Assembly (NCBI GenBank): GCA_012862495.1
Contig: BLSG01000014.1
Span: 57,478 to 77,477 of the forward strand
Length of the DNA stretch: 20,000 nucleotides
Source: Thraustochytrium aureum
Taxonomy: Eukaryota
Direction of reading: 5' to 3'
A model generated the notes under the pieces. It did not search any database, was not told where the DNA came from, and worked only from the letters and a program-made list of their open reading frames with translations. Of the stretch, positions 1-9,646 are shown piece by piece. Every line of letters begins with the position of its first letter. The first letter of the stretch is position 1. The position numbers and the translations under genes were made by a program.

Positions 1-2
1 CT

Positions 3-574
3 TGGGCCATCCCTGGCGGCATGGTGGACCCGGGGGAGTCGGTGCCCGCCGCCATGAAGCGCGAGTTCATGGAGGAGGCCGGGAACTTGAACCTTGGGCC
101 GCACGAGGCCGAGGAGCACCGCGCAAAGGTGGACCGCCTGTTCGCCAGAGGGTTTGAAATATATCGAGGATACGTGGACGACCCGCGCAACACGGACAAT
201 GCGTGGATGGAGTCCTCGTTTGTTCATTTTCATTGCGATGACGACCTCGGGCGGTCCATTCCTCTCGAGGCCGGCGATGATGCAGGGGCGGTCTCGTGGC
301 TCGATGTCGACGAGGACAACGCCGACTTTGCAAATCTGTACGCCAGTCACAAAGCCATGGTGCTCCGCGCCGCCGAGCGGTTGCGCGATGAGGCGGCAAG
401 CCGGCGCCGGGAGGAGGCCGCTCTTGCTGTCAGCGTGGCCGAGCGGTCCACTGTGATCGAGGTACCTAGCGAGGAAGGGGTAGTCATCTCCTTTGACGCC
501 CGCATGCGCGGGCCGCGCGGCTTAGCTGGCACTCGCAACGCCCGAGCACGCTCGAGTTTCGCTTCGCCCTGGAC
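3..574 (+). CDS. NUDT9: NUDT9-type ADP-ribose pyrophosphatase (Nudix) domain, 5'-partial; continues in frame into the S9 peptidase propeller (probably one fused gene, <1..2542)
   Basis: The frame is open from base 3: WAIPGGMVDPGE-SVPAAMK-REFMEEAG is an intact Nudix box (GX5EX7REUXEEXG). NUDT9/NUDT9H-specific YRGYVDDPRNTDNAWME, LEAGDDA and LYASH are present. There is no stop after the domain, and the frame runs on into IEVPSEEGVVISFDARMRGPRG. Confidence 0.88.
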
Positions 575-743
575 NNNNNNNNNNNNNNNNNNNNNNNNNN
601 NNNNNNNNNNNNNNNNNNNNNNNNNNNNNNNNNNNNNNNNNNNNNNNNNNNNNNNNNNNNNNNNNNNNNNNNNNNNNNNNNNNNNNNNNNNNNNNNNNNN
701 NNNNNNNNNNNNNNNNNNNNNNNNNNNNNNNNNNNNNNNNNNN
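575..743. other. Assembly gap (N run), probably of zero true length
   Basis: The flanks overlap by GGAC, and joining them gives a continuous ALDGGDP motif. Confidence 0.85.
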
Positions 744-744
744 G

Positions 745-2542
745 GACGGCGGGGACCCAAAGGCCGACGCTGCGATTGAGGACAAGGCGCGGGACGCCCT
801 TTACCTCCTCGAACGCCCGTATGTGCTGGGGACAGGGATGGACCGTGACCCGGTCGGCGCGACCAACGTCGCGCTTGTTGTTCGGACAGAGTTTCGCATT
901 TCCGGAGTGTCTTGGGCGCGCGCGGGGACGGGCCTTGGCTTTGTGTCAGAGCGTTGGCGAAAGACGCGCTGGACGCGGACGTGGGTCCTGCGCGAGGACC
1001 GCCCAGGCAAGTTTACCGCCACCAAGCTTTTCGACCGTTCCTTTGACGACGCCTATACGTCGCCTGGCTCGCTGCTCAGCTATCAAGACGCGAATGGGCT
1101 GCGCCACGTGCAGCAGAGCGCTGAGGAAGGTTTTTTTGACCTGCTGGGCAGCGGTGCGTCCCCAGCGGGCTCGCGACCATTCTATGACCGACTCTACGTC
1201 AGCGCGCCTCCGCTAAAGGCAGGCAAAGCTGAGAGTCAAGCCGCGTCTTCACTCACATGCAGGATCGAACGAGTTTGGCGCGCTACGCTAGACCCGAACG
1301 CCGACGAACACGAACTCGGCCTGGAGGCCTCGGGCGAGCCTGGCGGAGCGTTTACTCCTCCCGAAAAGCGGCGGCCCGTGTACGAGGTCTTTGACGATTT
1401 GGCTGTTGGGGGCCACTGGGCCCTGCTCCGGCGCGAGTCGAACGACGAGCCGCCCAACTTTTACTGGTACCACATTGCCTCTGGGCGCGAGTGGCAGATC
1501 TCGCGGTTCACGCACCCGCAGCCCGCTCTTGTCGGCGTGCGCAAAGAGCTCGTCAAGTACACGCGCGGCGACGGGCTTGAACTGAACGGCGACCTGTACC
1601 TCCCCAAAGGGTACGACCCAGAAATCGATGGGCCACGGCGCTGCCTGCTCTGGGCGTACCCGCGCGAGTTCAAGGCCAAGTCGGTGGCTGGACAGGTCAA
1701 GACTTCCCCCTTCCGCTTCACGCGAACTTCTTGGTCGCGTCCTGTCACATGGGTTGTCAAGGGCTGGGTGGTGCTTGGGTTTGCCTCTCCGATCGTGGCT
1801 GAAGGCGCGGACGCGGAGCCAAACGACACGTTTGTGGAGCAGGTGCAGCTCAATGCGCACGCTGCAGTCAAGCTTCTCGTGGACCGTGGCCTTGGCCGGG
1901 TCGGGGGGTTCGCGGTGGGCGGGCGACTCGTACGGGGCATTTATGACTGCGCACTTGTTGGCGCATACCGACTACTTTAGCGCGGGTATCGCGCGCTCGG
2001 GAGCCTACTTGCGCGCACTCACGCCCTTTGGGTTCCAGGCCGAGGAGCGGACCTTCTGGGAGGCGCCCGAAGCCTACGCGCGCTTGTCGCCGTTCTCCCA
2101 CGTGCCGAGCATCGCCAAGGGCCGCGGGAAGCTGCTGCTTGTGCACGGCACGCACGACGAGAACAGCGGCACGTACCCGCTGCAATCCGAGCGCCTCTTT
2201 GACGCGCTCAAGGGCCACGGAGCGATCACGCGCCTTGTCTTGCTGCCCAATGAGGGCCATGGCTATCGGGCGCGAGAGTCTGTTCTTCACCTCCTGGCTG
2301 AGCAAGAAAAGTGGTTGGACAGGTTTGTCGCCGATCCGGCCGGCGACCTTTCGAGCACCTGCGACTTGGCCCCACTTGATCCTGCCCTAGCTTCTCTCAG
2401 TGTTGCGTCCGGGTCAGGATCACGCGCGCCAGCACAGGCTGCTGCCATAGATGGGGTCGCTTCCCACCGCGTCAAGGCCTTGCTGGCGGCGTCCGGCGCA
2501 GTGCTCCTCCTCGTCGGCGTGTGGCGTCGAGCGCGTCTTTAG
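745..2542 (+). CDS. S9 family (S9D, chloroplast glutamyl endopeptidase-like) serine peptidase with one apparent frameshift at ~1925 and a C-terminal transmembrane tail
   Basis: Motifs: DGGDP..RDALY, RRESNDEPPNF, FTHPQP, KELVKYTRGDGLELNGDLYLPKGYD, LLWAYPREFK..AGQV..SPFRF, EPNDTFVEQ. Removing G1925 restores the nucleophile elbow GGHSYGAFMTAHLLAH. These are followed by GIARSGAY..LTPFGFQAEER, catalytic Asp in DENSGT and His in EGHGY. It ends with hydrophobic ALLAASGAVLLLVGVW plus RRARL-stop. Confidence 0.9.
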
Positions 2543-2823
2543 CGCCGTGGACAACGTGTTGCTCTTGCAGCTTAGAAGAAATAACGATCTCGTGCTATGT
2601 GGGGCGGGCGCCTCGATGTGGCCGGACGCTGAAGCACAAGCTCCCAGAGTCCCAACGCGCCGCCTTCGTTTTCGATTACCACCACCGCAGCAGCAGTAGC
2701 AGTTGGCAGGAGGGAGCAAGCAAGCAAGCGTGCGCGCGGCACCGCATGCCTGGTACCTTGCTGGCAAGCGAGGCGGCTACGTGTGCCGCTTGCTGAGGTG
2801 CGGGATTTCCAGTTGGTGTTGGA

Positions 2824-4167
2824 ATGGCGGCGTATGGGGCAGTCGAGACCGGCGAGGCCGCGCGCCTGCTGCCGCGGGCGGGCCAAGAGGACGTCGGCGG
2901 TCGCGCAAGCGCGCAGACAAGGTTCTTGCGAGACGCGGAGCGATCAGAGCGGCTCGTGTATGTAGAGCTCGTCTACGTGCGGTATTTGTCGGACGTGGTG
3001 ACAACCGACATGACGTTCCGCGCTGCGATTGGGTTTGACATGGAATGGGCAGCGTCCGAAGAAGATGTGCAGGGGTGGGAAGCTGATCCCGTCGGCTTTG
3101 CACCGTCGCACATCCCGCGCTTCGAGTTTCCCAATGCCAAGGAGATCGACCTCGAGCGCCGCACATGGCAGAACGGCAACTGCTTCAAGATCAACGTGAA
3201 GGAAGACCCAGTGACAGGGACGGAGACCCGCTTTTGCTTTCTGCGAACGCTAGCTGTTGGCGTGTTCATGGCGCGGTTCGACTTGCACGCCTTTCCGTTT
3301 GACTCGCAGACCCTGCGCGTCGTCATGGACCTCACCTTTTGCGAGATCAGGCAGTCCATGTTTGTTCCGCCGTTCGCGATCATGCAACGCGGGGCTGGAA
3401 GCGCGCCCAATACAAGCGTAGTAACGGTAAATCGCGAGTTTTCTGCTCTGAGCGATTTCGAGCTCGAGCGGTGCCTGTGCGAGTTTGCGAGCCGGACGGC
3501 AGACACGGACAAGCATTTGCCTGACGACGAGGCGTTTCGCTGGAGCCAGGTTGTGGTGCACTTTCAGCTCGTGCGCAAGTGGGAGGGATACATCGGCCGC
3601 CTCGCTTTGCTGGCTTTTCTTCTCTCGCTGACGAGCCTCGCAGCATTCGGGTTTGATGTCGAGGATGCTTTGCCTGACCGGGCGGGGTACCTGATGAACC
3701 TCGTCCTTGCGAACGTAGCGTTCCAGTTCATCCTCAACGATGTGCTCCCGCCCGTGCCGTATTTGACTACGCTGGACAAGTACTGCCTTGCTCTCTTTGT
3801 GCTCACGGTGCTGCAGCTTTGCCTTACGACCCTGTACGGCAACCTCGATTGGCCGCCTGATACGGTGCGCCACTTTGATTTGCACGTGGCGATGCCCGCG
3901 TTTACACTGCTGCTGGTCGCGTGCCAGCTCGGATTTGTTCGCCTGGCCGTTGTGTCTCGTCGCGGAGAGGTCGCAAAACTCGATATGGGCGTCCTTGAAC
4001 TGCGTCAAGAACAGGCCGGGCGGTCTGGACGGCACGCGTCGCATGCGATTCGGCTCTTGGGGCGATCGATGCTCGACGAGGCCGCCAGAGCAGCAACGCG
4101 AGCGGAGAACGCTTTTGTGACGTTTGCGAGCCAGAGCTGCTTTCGGAAGCCGCCGAGTGACAGATGA
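2824..4167 (+). CDS. Cys-less (Pro-loop) pentameric ligand-gated ion channel subunit, GLIC/ELIC-like
   Basis: Motifs: F...MEW, HIPRFEFPNA (loop A P..F.N), FDLHAFPFDSQTL (Pro-loop, no flanking disulfide pair), pre-M1 LVRKWEGY, M2 start LPDRAGY, M2-M3 LPPVPYLTTLDKY. Four hydrophobic helices are present. Confidence 0.9.
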   Translation: MAAYGAVETGEAARLLPRAGQEDVGGRASAQTRFLRDAERSERLVYVELVYVRYLSDVVTTDMTFRAAIGFDMEWAASEEDVQGWEADPVGFAPSHIPRFEFPNAKEIDLERRTWQNGNCFKINVKEDPVTGTETRFCFLRTLAVGVFMARFDLHAFPFDSQTLRVVMDLTFCEIRQSMFVPPFAIMQRGAGSAPNTSVVTVNREFSALSDFELERCLCEFASRTADTDKHLPDDEAFRWSQVVVHFQLVRKWEGYIGRLALLAFLLSLTSLAAFGFDVEDALPDRAGYLMNLVLANVAFQFILNDVLPPVPYLTTLDKYCLALFVLTVLQLCLTTLYGNLDWPPDTVRHFDLHVAMPAFTLLLVACQLGFVRLAVVSRRGEVAKLDMGVLELRQEQAGRSGRHASHAIRLLGRSMLDEAARAATRAENAFVTFASQSCFRKPPSDR

Positions 4168-4355
4168 TGATGGAAGCACAAGCTCCAGAGTAGCGCTAGC
4201 GGAGGGAGCGAGAGAGAGAGGTTCAAGCTGCAGCGGGCCGCATAGCGCTGGTTTGGTTGGCTGTTACTGAAACGAAGAAAAGAAAAGAAAAACTCTAACG
4301 TAGAGCCCCGCTCTCCCCTTGCCTGCCGCGCAAAGTTCTGCGGGGGCAGCAGCCG

Positions 4356-6261
4356 CTATGACTGCGCCGCAAACACAGGTTGGGGTCCCACAGACTCGAC
4401 CGAGACACAGTCCGCCAAACCCGCAGCCCCACCAAACTCGTTCGCGGAGTCCACTTGGTCGTCGTGCGCATCGGCCTCCACGGGAAGCGCAAAGTCGTCC
4501 GGCAAGTCGGTGTTGATGAACGAGATGCCAAGCTCTGACAAGCGCTGCGCCGTCTCAACGTTGTCAGGATCTGAGGCGTAGCCCCAAACCCCGATTGTGT
4601 AAGTCTCCGCCAGCTCGCGCACCAATTTCGCACAGGCAGAGTTGGGCTGCACCATCGCCGGGTGATACTGCATGTAGACGCCATCCAAGCAGCTGGACCC
4701 TTGCTCGACGTAACCCAAAATGTCAGCGCGCAGCTCGTCGCTCGTGCGCCCGTCCCAGTCCACGGGCATCTCAATCGCGTTGTCGGGCTCTGCGGCGTCG
4801 CGCGTCAGGAACATAATCTTTGGCGCCATCGCAGGGTTGAGCTCCCCAAAGTGCTCTTGAAAAAAGTTGTTAAAAGTTGTGGATGATGTACAGGTCGAAG
4901 CTCATCACCACGGCCACTCGAGACAGGAGCGTCATGTTCTCGCTCATGAGTCGACAGAGCGCAGCCGCCACCTCGGCGCCGTCGGCGCCCGACTTAATCT
5001 CGATGACGAGCTTGGCAGCGGGCCCTGCGCGCGTTGCTGTGCGGAGCACGTCTTCGAGCAGCGGGGCCGAGGTACCGTTCTTGAGCGGGAGCGCATAGAG
5101 CTCTTCGAAAGTGAGTTTGGTGACCGGCTGGAACGCTGAGGTGTGCCCAGGGTCGCGCGCGAGGCGGTGCAAGTCGTTGTCATGGCAGAGCACGATTCGG
5201 CCGTCCAGCGTCAGCGTGATATCGCACTCGCAATATCGCAGACCAGACGCCCACGACTGCTCATATGCGGTTATGGTGTTCTCCAGTGGGCGGTGAAGAA
5301 GGTCCTCCTTGCTATGAAACCCGCGGTGGCTCACCAGCTTGGCGCGCAGCTCGCTGTCGACCTGGTTGATCATGTTGCAGAGCAGGTCGAACGGGCTTGG
5401 TCCCGAGCTCGTGCTACTGTTGCTCTTGGTGTGACGCGGCGCCCCGCTGCGCGGAGCAACCGTCTGGTTGGCGCTAGGGTGGCGAGCGGATGACCCGGGC
5501 ACGCTGGCGCTGGTGTTGGGCCGGGTCTCCTCGGGGACAGCGCAATCGGCGGCGCTCGAGCTAGGCTGCGATGAGCGCCCCTTGCCGAGCCTCACCTCGC
5601 CAGAGGACTTGCTTTCAAAGTCAGCGCGGTCTGTATCGTCGCCGTACAAGTCCTCCTCACTAGCGCTCGGGGAGCACCGAACGAGGCACTCGCGGATCAT
5701 GTCGCGCAGCTTGGCTGCAAAGTCGGTGCTCACGCCGCTCGCCATCGGCGACATTGCCAACTCGACGTAGAGCGCCGACGCGGTCGCGGGGCAGACGTAC
5801 TTTTCCAGCTTCTTCGCGAGCTTGCGCAGCGCCTCCACGTTCAGCAACCCGAAAACGCGCCGCTGCTCGAACAGCGGGAGAACCGACGCCTGCAGCTCGG
5901 GGGCGTCGTTGTCCGCGGCGTCATCGTAAAAGCTGTCGCGGCGTTCGCTGAGCGTCTCGCCAAACATGAACGATTCGCCGTAGCCGCGGTTCGCCGACTT
6001 GCACAGCCCAGGCAGCTGCAACGCGACCTTGCGCGCCAGCGAGTTGGTCTCGCGGAGGCTGAAGAGCGCAGCGACCGCCTCGCGGGAGATCATGTCAAAG
6101 TGCGCCGAGGACTTGGCCAGCTCGCCTCGCCACCTCGCCGAGAACGCCTTGGCGTTCGTCCCAGGGTTGCTCGCCAGGTCGCGGAGCCCGTTAAAGTCGA
6201 CGTACAGCTCCTCCCACCCGCTCACGCGGGAGGTGCTCAGGTGCGCCCCAAACCGCACCAT
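4356..6261 (-). CDS. SPX domain + glycerophosphodiester phosphodiesterase (GDPD) protein, split by one apparent frameshift at 4872-4875
   Basis: The N-terminus MVRFGAHL..SGWEELYVDFNGL and LLNVEALRKLAKKLEK resemble SPX helices. GDPD motifs are SHRGFH, ENT, CECDITLTLDG.IVLCHD, IEIK and MSFD. Removing one T from the T4 run gives HNFNNFFQEHFGELNPAMAPKIMFL and joins ORF 4356-4829, which carries the GDPD C-terminal motifs GVWG and GISFINTDLP. Confidence 0.85.
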
Positions 6262-6926
6262 ATTCCTTACCGCCCGGGTCGAGCCCGTCCGCGGCGCCTC
6301 GCGAAGGGTTTCTGCTGCTCCACAAAAGCAGTTTGTCGACTGGGCCGCTCTGATCAGACCTGCCTTGTCACCCAGAACTGGCAGCCTCCCCAGCCAAACG
6401 AGCGCTCTGCAGCCTGGTCGGTGGGTCGGTCACCTTGCCTGCGCGGCCCAGCTCTACGACCAACTCAGCCGCCACCGGTCTGCGCTGCCACAAACTCTCA
6501 GCGCCGCCAGCCTCGTCGCGCGCCCTTCCTTACCTACCACCAGCAAGCCCCAGGCTGCGCTGCTGCGCGGTCGCTTTGCCAACCCTTTGCGCGCGCAGGC
6601 TGCAACGCACCTCACTCACTCAACTCCTTTCCACTCCTCATCGCTCTTTCTCCCAACGCCAAAGAAAAAAGAGAAAAGACAAAAAGAGTTTATTGAGTTT
6701 ATTGATTCATTTGAGCACAAGACCCGGCGCTGCAGGTGGGGAGCTGAGCTACCTGCGCACTTGGTCCGCTAGAACGGGACGGATGAACCGCCGGCCTTGG
6801 AAGGAGGAGATTCGTTCGCCGCAAGGGGGAGGGGGGAAGAACTGTTCGTTGTTAGTGTGGGGGTTGTGGAGGGACTCTTGAGTCTCTGCGATGGGTGCGC
6901 GCGAGTTCCTTCCTTCGCGCGTTTCG

Positions 6927-7787
6927 CTACCAGTCGTCGTCCTCGTCGTCGTCGTCGAGCGAGTCTAGCACGGCCCCTGTGGGCGTGAGCTTGCCGCGAG
7001 GAGCGACCTTGCTGACGCCTGAAGACTTGCTGGCAGAGGTCGTGTTGTCTCTCTCGAGGAGCTCGGCCTCCTCGCGCCGCTCCGCGCGCAAGTCTGCGTC
7101 CGCGTCGGTGAAAGCGCCGTTTGCGCCCTGTTCTACCGGGTCGGAGAACAGGCCAAACATCGCAAGGGCCAGCTCAAGAGAGCCTGCCGTGGCCAGCTCG
7201 GCGCCTCCGCAAAAGTCGAGGCCAATGAGCTGTTTTTGCATCTTGCCTTCGTGGTACAGGAACAGGCACGGCACGCTGTTGTCCGGCCAGCCTTCCACGC
7301 AGTCTGTGGACCGGATGCGGACAAATTTGACCGCCTTTTGGCGTGCTGCAACGAGCCTGAGAAGCTCGGAGGCCTTGGTCGACTCTTGGATCCCGTCTTT
7401 GAACATCTCGACGACCACCCAGTATGACTTGCTGGCTTCGGCCACGTCGCGGACAAAGTCGGCCTTTGCGAGCGGGTAGACGTGCCCAAAGCGCTCCCGA
7501 GCGGCACGCGATTTGAGCTCTGCCAGCCGCATGGCGCGAATGCGCTCCAGCGTTGCCTCTTCAAAGTCATCTTCGGCTTCGTCCAGCTCCTCGAGCGTCT
7601 TGGCCAGCAGCTCGTCCTCGGCGTCGACCTCGACCTCGGTGCGATTCCTGGCCTCCTCCTTGGCCTGGCGCTGCAGCTTGAGCTCCTCGCGCTCTTCGAT
7701 GATGCCCTTGCGCACCAAGACGTCCTCCCACTCGGTCGTCTCGATTTCTCGCGGCTTGTGTGTCGTCGTATTGGCCGAGAAGTGCAT
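6927..7787 (-). CDS. PDCL3: Phosducin-like protein (PhLP2 / PDCL2-PDCL3 subgroup; CCT co-chaperone)
   Basis: Motifs: TTEWEDVLVRKGI; LEELDEAEDD..LERIRAMRLAEL; FGHV..DFVRDV.EAS..WVVV; KFVRI..C..WPD.SVPCLFLY (thioredoxin-like domain). The C-terminus is acidic. Confidence 0.9.
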   Translation of the reverse strand: MHFSANTTTHKPREIETTEWEDVLVRKGIIEEREELKLQRQAKEEARNRTEVEVDAEDELLAKTLEELDEAEDDFEEATLERIRAMRLAELKSRAARERFGHVYPLAKADFVRDVAEASKSYWVVVEMFKDGIQESTKASELLRLVAARQKAVKFVRIRSTDCVEGWPDNSVPCLFLYHEGKMQKQLIGLDFCGGAELATAGSLELALAMFGLFSDPVEQGANGAFTDADADLRAERREEAELLERDNTTSASKSSGVSKVAPRGKLTPTGAVLDSLDDDDEDDDW

Positions 7788-8040
7788 GTTGCCGCCCTTG
7801 CGCCCCTCTCGCGCAGCCCGGTGCTCGCCTCGCGCAAGGGCCCCGCTTGCGCAGCCCCGTGCTCGCCGCGCAGGCAGGCAGGCAGGTAATGCCGGCTGGC
7901 AGGGGTGGCGACGCCTCGCTCGACACGATGCGCCGCCTCGGACGCCCCCCGCCCCTCCCTCCTGTGAGCCGAGTCCTCGCCACCTACTAGGCCACGCCCA
8001 GCAGGACCGCCACGGCCTGGCGCGAGCGCCGAAGGTCCCC

Positions 8041-8325
8041 NNNNNNNNNNNNNNNNNNNNNNNNNNNNNNNNNNNNNNNNNNNNNNNNNNNNNNNNNNNN
8101 NNNNNNNNNNNNNNNNNNNNNNNNNNNNNNNNNNNNNNNNNNNNNNNNNNNNNNNNNNNNNNNNNNNNNNNNNNNNNNNNNNNNNNNNNNNNNNNNNNNN
8201 NNNNNNNNNNNNNNNNNNNNNNNNNNNNNNNNNNNNNNNNNNNNNNNNNNNNNNNNNNNNNNNNNNNNNNNNNNNNNNNNNNNNNNNNNNNNNNNNNNNN
8301 NNNNNNNNNNNNNNNNNNNNNNNNN
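8041..8325. other. Assembly gap (N run)
   Basis: N run between the divergent phosducin-like gene and cobT. Confidence 0.99.
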
Positions 8326-8493
8326 GATTGCGCCTCACCTGGCTGTCGAACTGGTCCTGCAAGTCGCGAAAGGCGTCGAAGAGCACGCTACTCCAGCAAG
8401 CTCTTGATTGAACTGTAGCTCTAGTCGGCGGCGCTCTTGCTCTGCAGCTGGCGGCGCGTCCGCTCGGGCGACCTTGGACCCGTCCCGGCGCAG

Positions 8494-9627
8494 ATGGACG
8501 CCACTGCAGGCTCGAGGGCGCAGGCTGCGGCAAACCTGCGCCGCGTCGCACAGGCCGCACTCGATGCCCTCGCCAAGCCTGTTGGGAGCCTCGGCAGGCT
8601 CGAGGAAGTCGCCGTCAAGCTCTGCGTGGCGCAGCGGCGGTGCCCGCCCGCGGCAGGGACCTGCAAGGTCGTCGTTTTCGCGGGGGACCACGGCGTGGCG
8701 GAGGAAGGGGTCAGTCCGTTTCCGGCAAGCGTCACGGTGGCCATGGTGCAGACGATGGCCGCTGGGTCTGCCACAGTGGCCTGCTTGGCGCGAAATGCTG
8801 GCGCGCGCCTTGAGGTCGTCAATGTAGGCGTCGCATCGTCGTTCAAGGTCGTAGTGGCGGACGGAGTCGACTATGTGGATGCCTGTGTTGCCCGCGGGAC
8901 GCGCAACATCGCCGAGCAAGCCGCAATGACGCGCACGGAGCTGAACGCTGCACTAGATCAAGGCCGGGCCGCTGCACGCAGGGCCGCGCAGCGGGACGGC
9001 GCGTTCGTGCTGAGCGTGGGCGAGATTGGGATCTCCAACACAACTGTGGCAGCTGCTCTCTCTGCACGATTACTCAACGCCGACCCGGAGCTCTTGGCTG
9101 GCCCAGGCACGGGCCTTGACGCCGCCGGAGTCAAGCACAAGGCGAACGTTATTGGGCGTGCTCTAGCCAGGGGCGGGTCCGTGGCCAGCGACCCGCTTGG
9201 GTGCTTGCAAGATCTTGGCGGACTGGAGCTGGCGGCGATGGTTGGTTGCTACCTTGAGTGCCACGTTCTCGGCGTGGCAGCTGTGGTGGATGGCTTTATC
9301 GCATCCGCCGCCGCCCTTGCGGCGTGCCGCATCGAACCGGGGGTCGTGGAGCAACTCGTATTTTCGACGCTCTCTGCAGAGCCGGGCCACGCCGCGATCG
9401 TTTCCGGAATCGATGCTAGTGCGCGACCTTTGCTGGACTGGAACATGCGCCTTGGCGAGGCATCGGGGTCGGCGCTCTGCCTGCCTCTTGTCATGGCTGC
9501 CGGGCGCCTTTTCCGCGAGGTGGCGACGCTGGAGTCAGTGCTGGCTGGCGCGGCAGCGGCAGAGCCAGCCGGCCCAGCAGATACCCTGGTGGATGACAAC
9601 TTGGTTTCTCACAGCCCTTCTTTCTAA
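8494..9627 (+). CDS. cobT: Nicotinate-nucleotide--dimethylbenzimidazole phosphoribosyltransferase
   Basis: Motifs: LAKPVGSLGRLEE, VVFAGDHGV...GVSPFP, GTRNI, GEIGISNTT, GPGTGLD, LGGLELAAMVG, VVDGFI, SAEPGH, MRLGEASG (catalytic Glu retained). The first in-frame ATG is 8494; the ORF-track start at 8437 is TTG. Confidence 0.95.
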   Translation: MDATAGSRAQAAANLRRVAQAALDALAKPVGSLGRLEEVAVKLCVAQRRCPPAAGTCKVVVFAGDHGVAEEGVSPFPASVTVAMVQTMAAGSATVACLARNAGARLEVVNVGVASSFKVVVADGVDYVDACVARGTRNIAEQAAMTRTELNAALDQGRAAARRAAQRDGAFVLSVGEIGISNTTVAAALSARLLNADPELLAGPGTGLDAAGVKHKANVIGRALARGGSVASDPLGCLQDLGGLELAAMVGCYLECHVLGVAAVVDGFIASAAALAACRIEPGVVEQLVFSTLSAEPGHAAIVSGIDASARPLLDWNMRLGEASGSALCLPLVMAAGRLFREVATLESVLAGAAAAEPAGPADTLVDDNLVSHSPSF

Positions 9628-9646
9628 TGCTAACGCTCGTTTCGTT

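Noticed and set aside
7987..8040. GDLRRSRQ as a CobC-like histidine phosphatase motif (SDLxRAxQT)
   Set aside because: The match is too short and degenerate, a stop follows within ten codons, and no RHG motif is visible.
8326..8493. Cobalamin riboswitch upstream of cobT or cobS
   Set aside because: No B12-box or conserved riboswitch core is recognisable in the readable flanks, and part of each upstream region is N.
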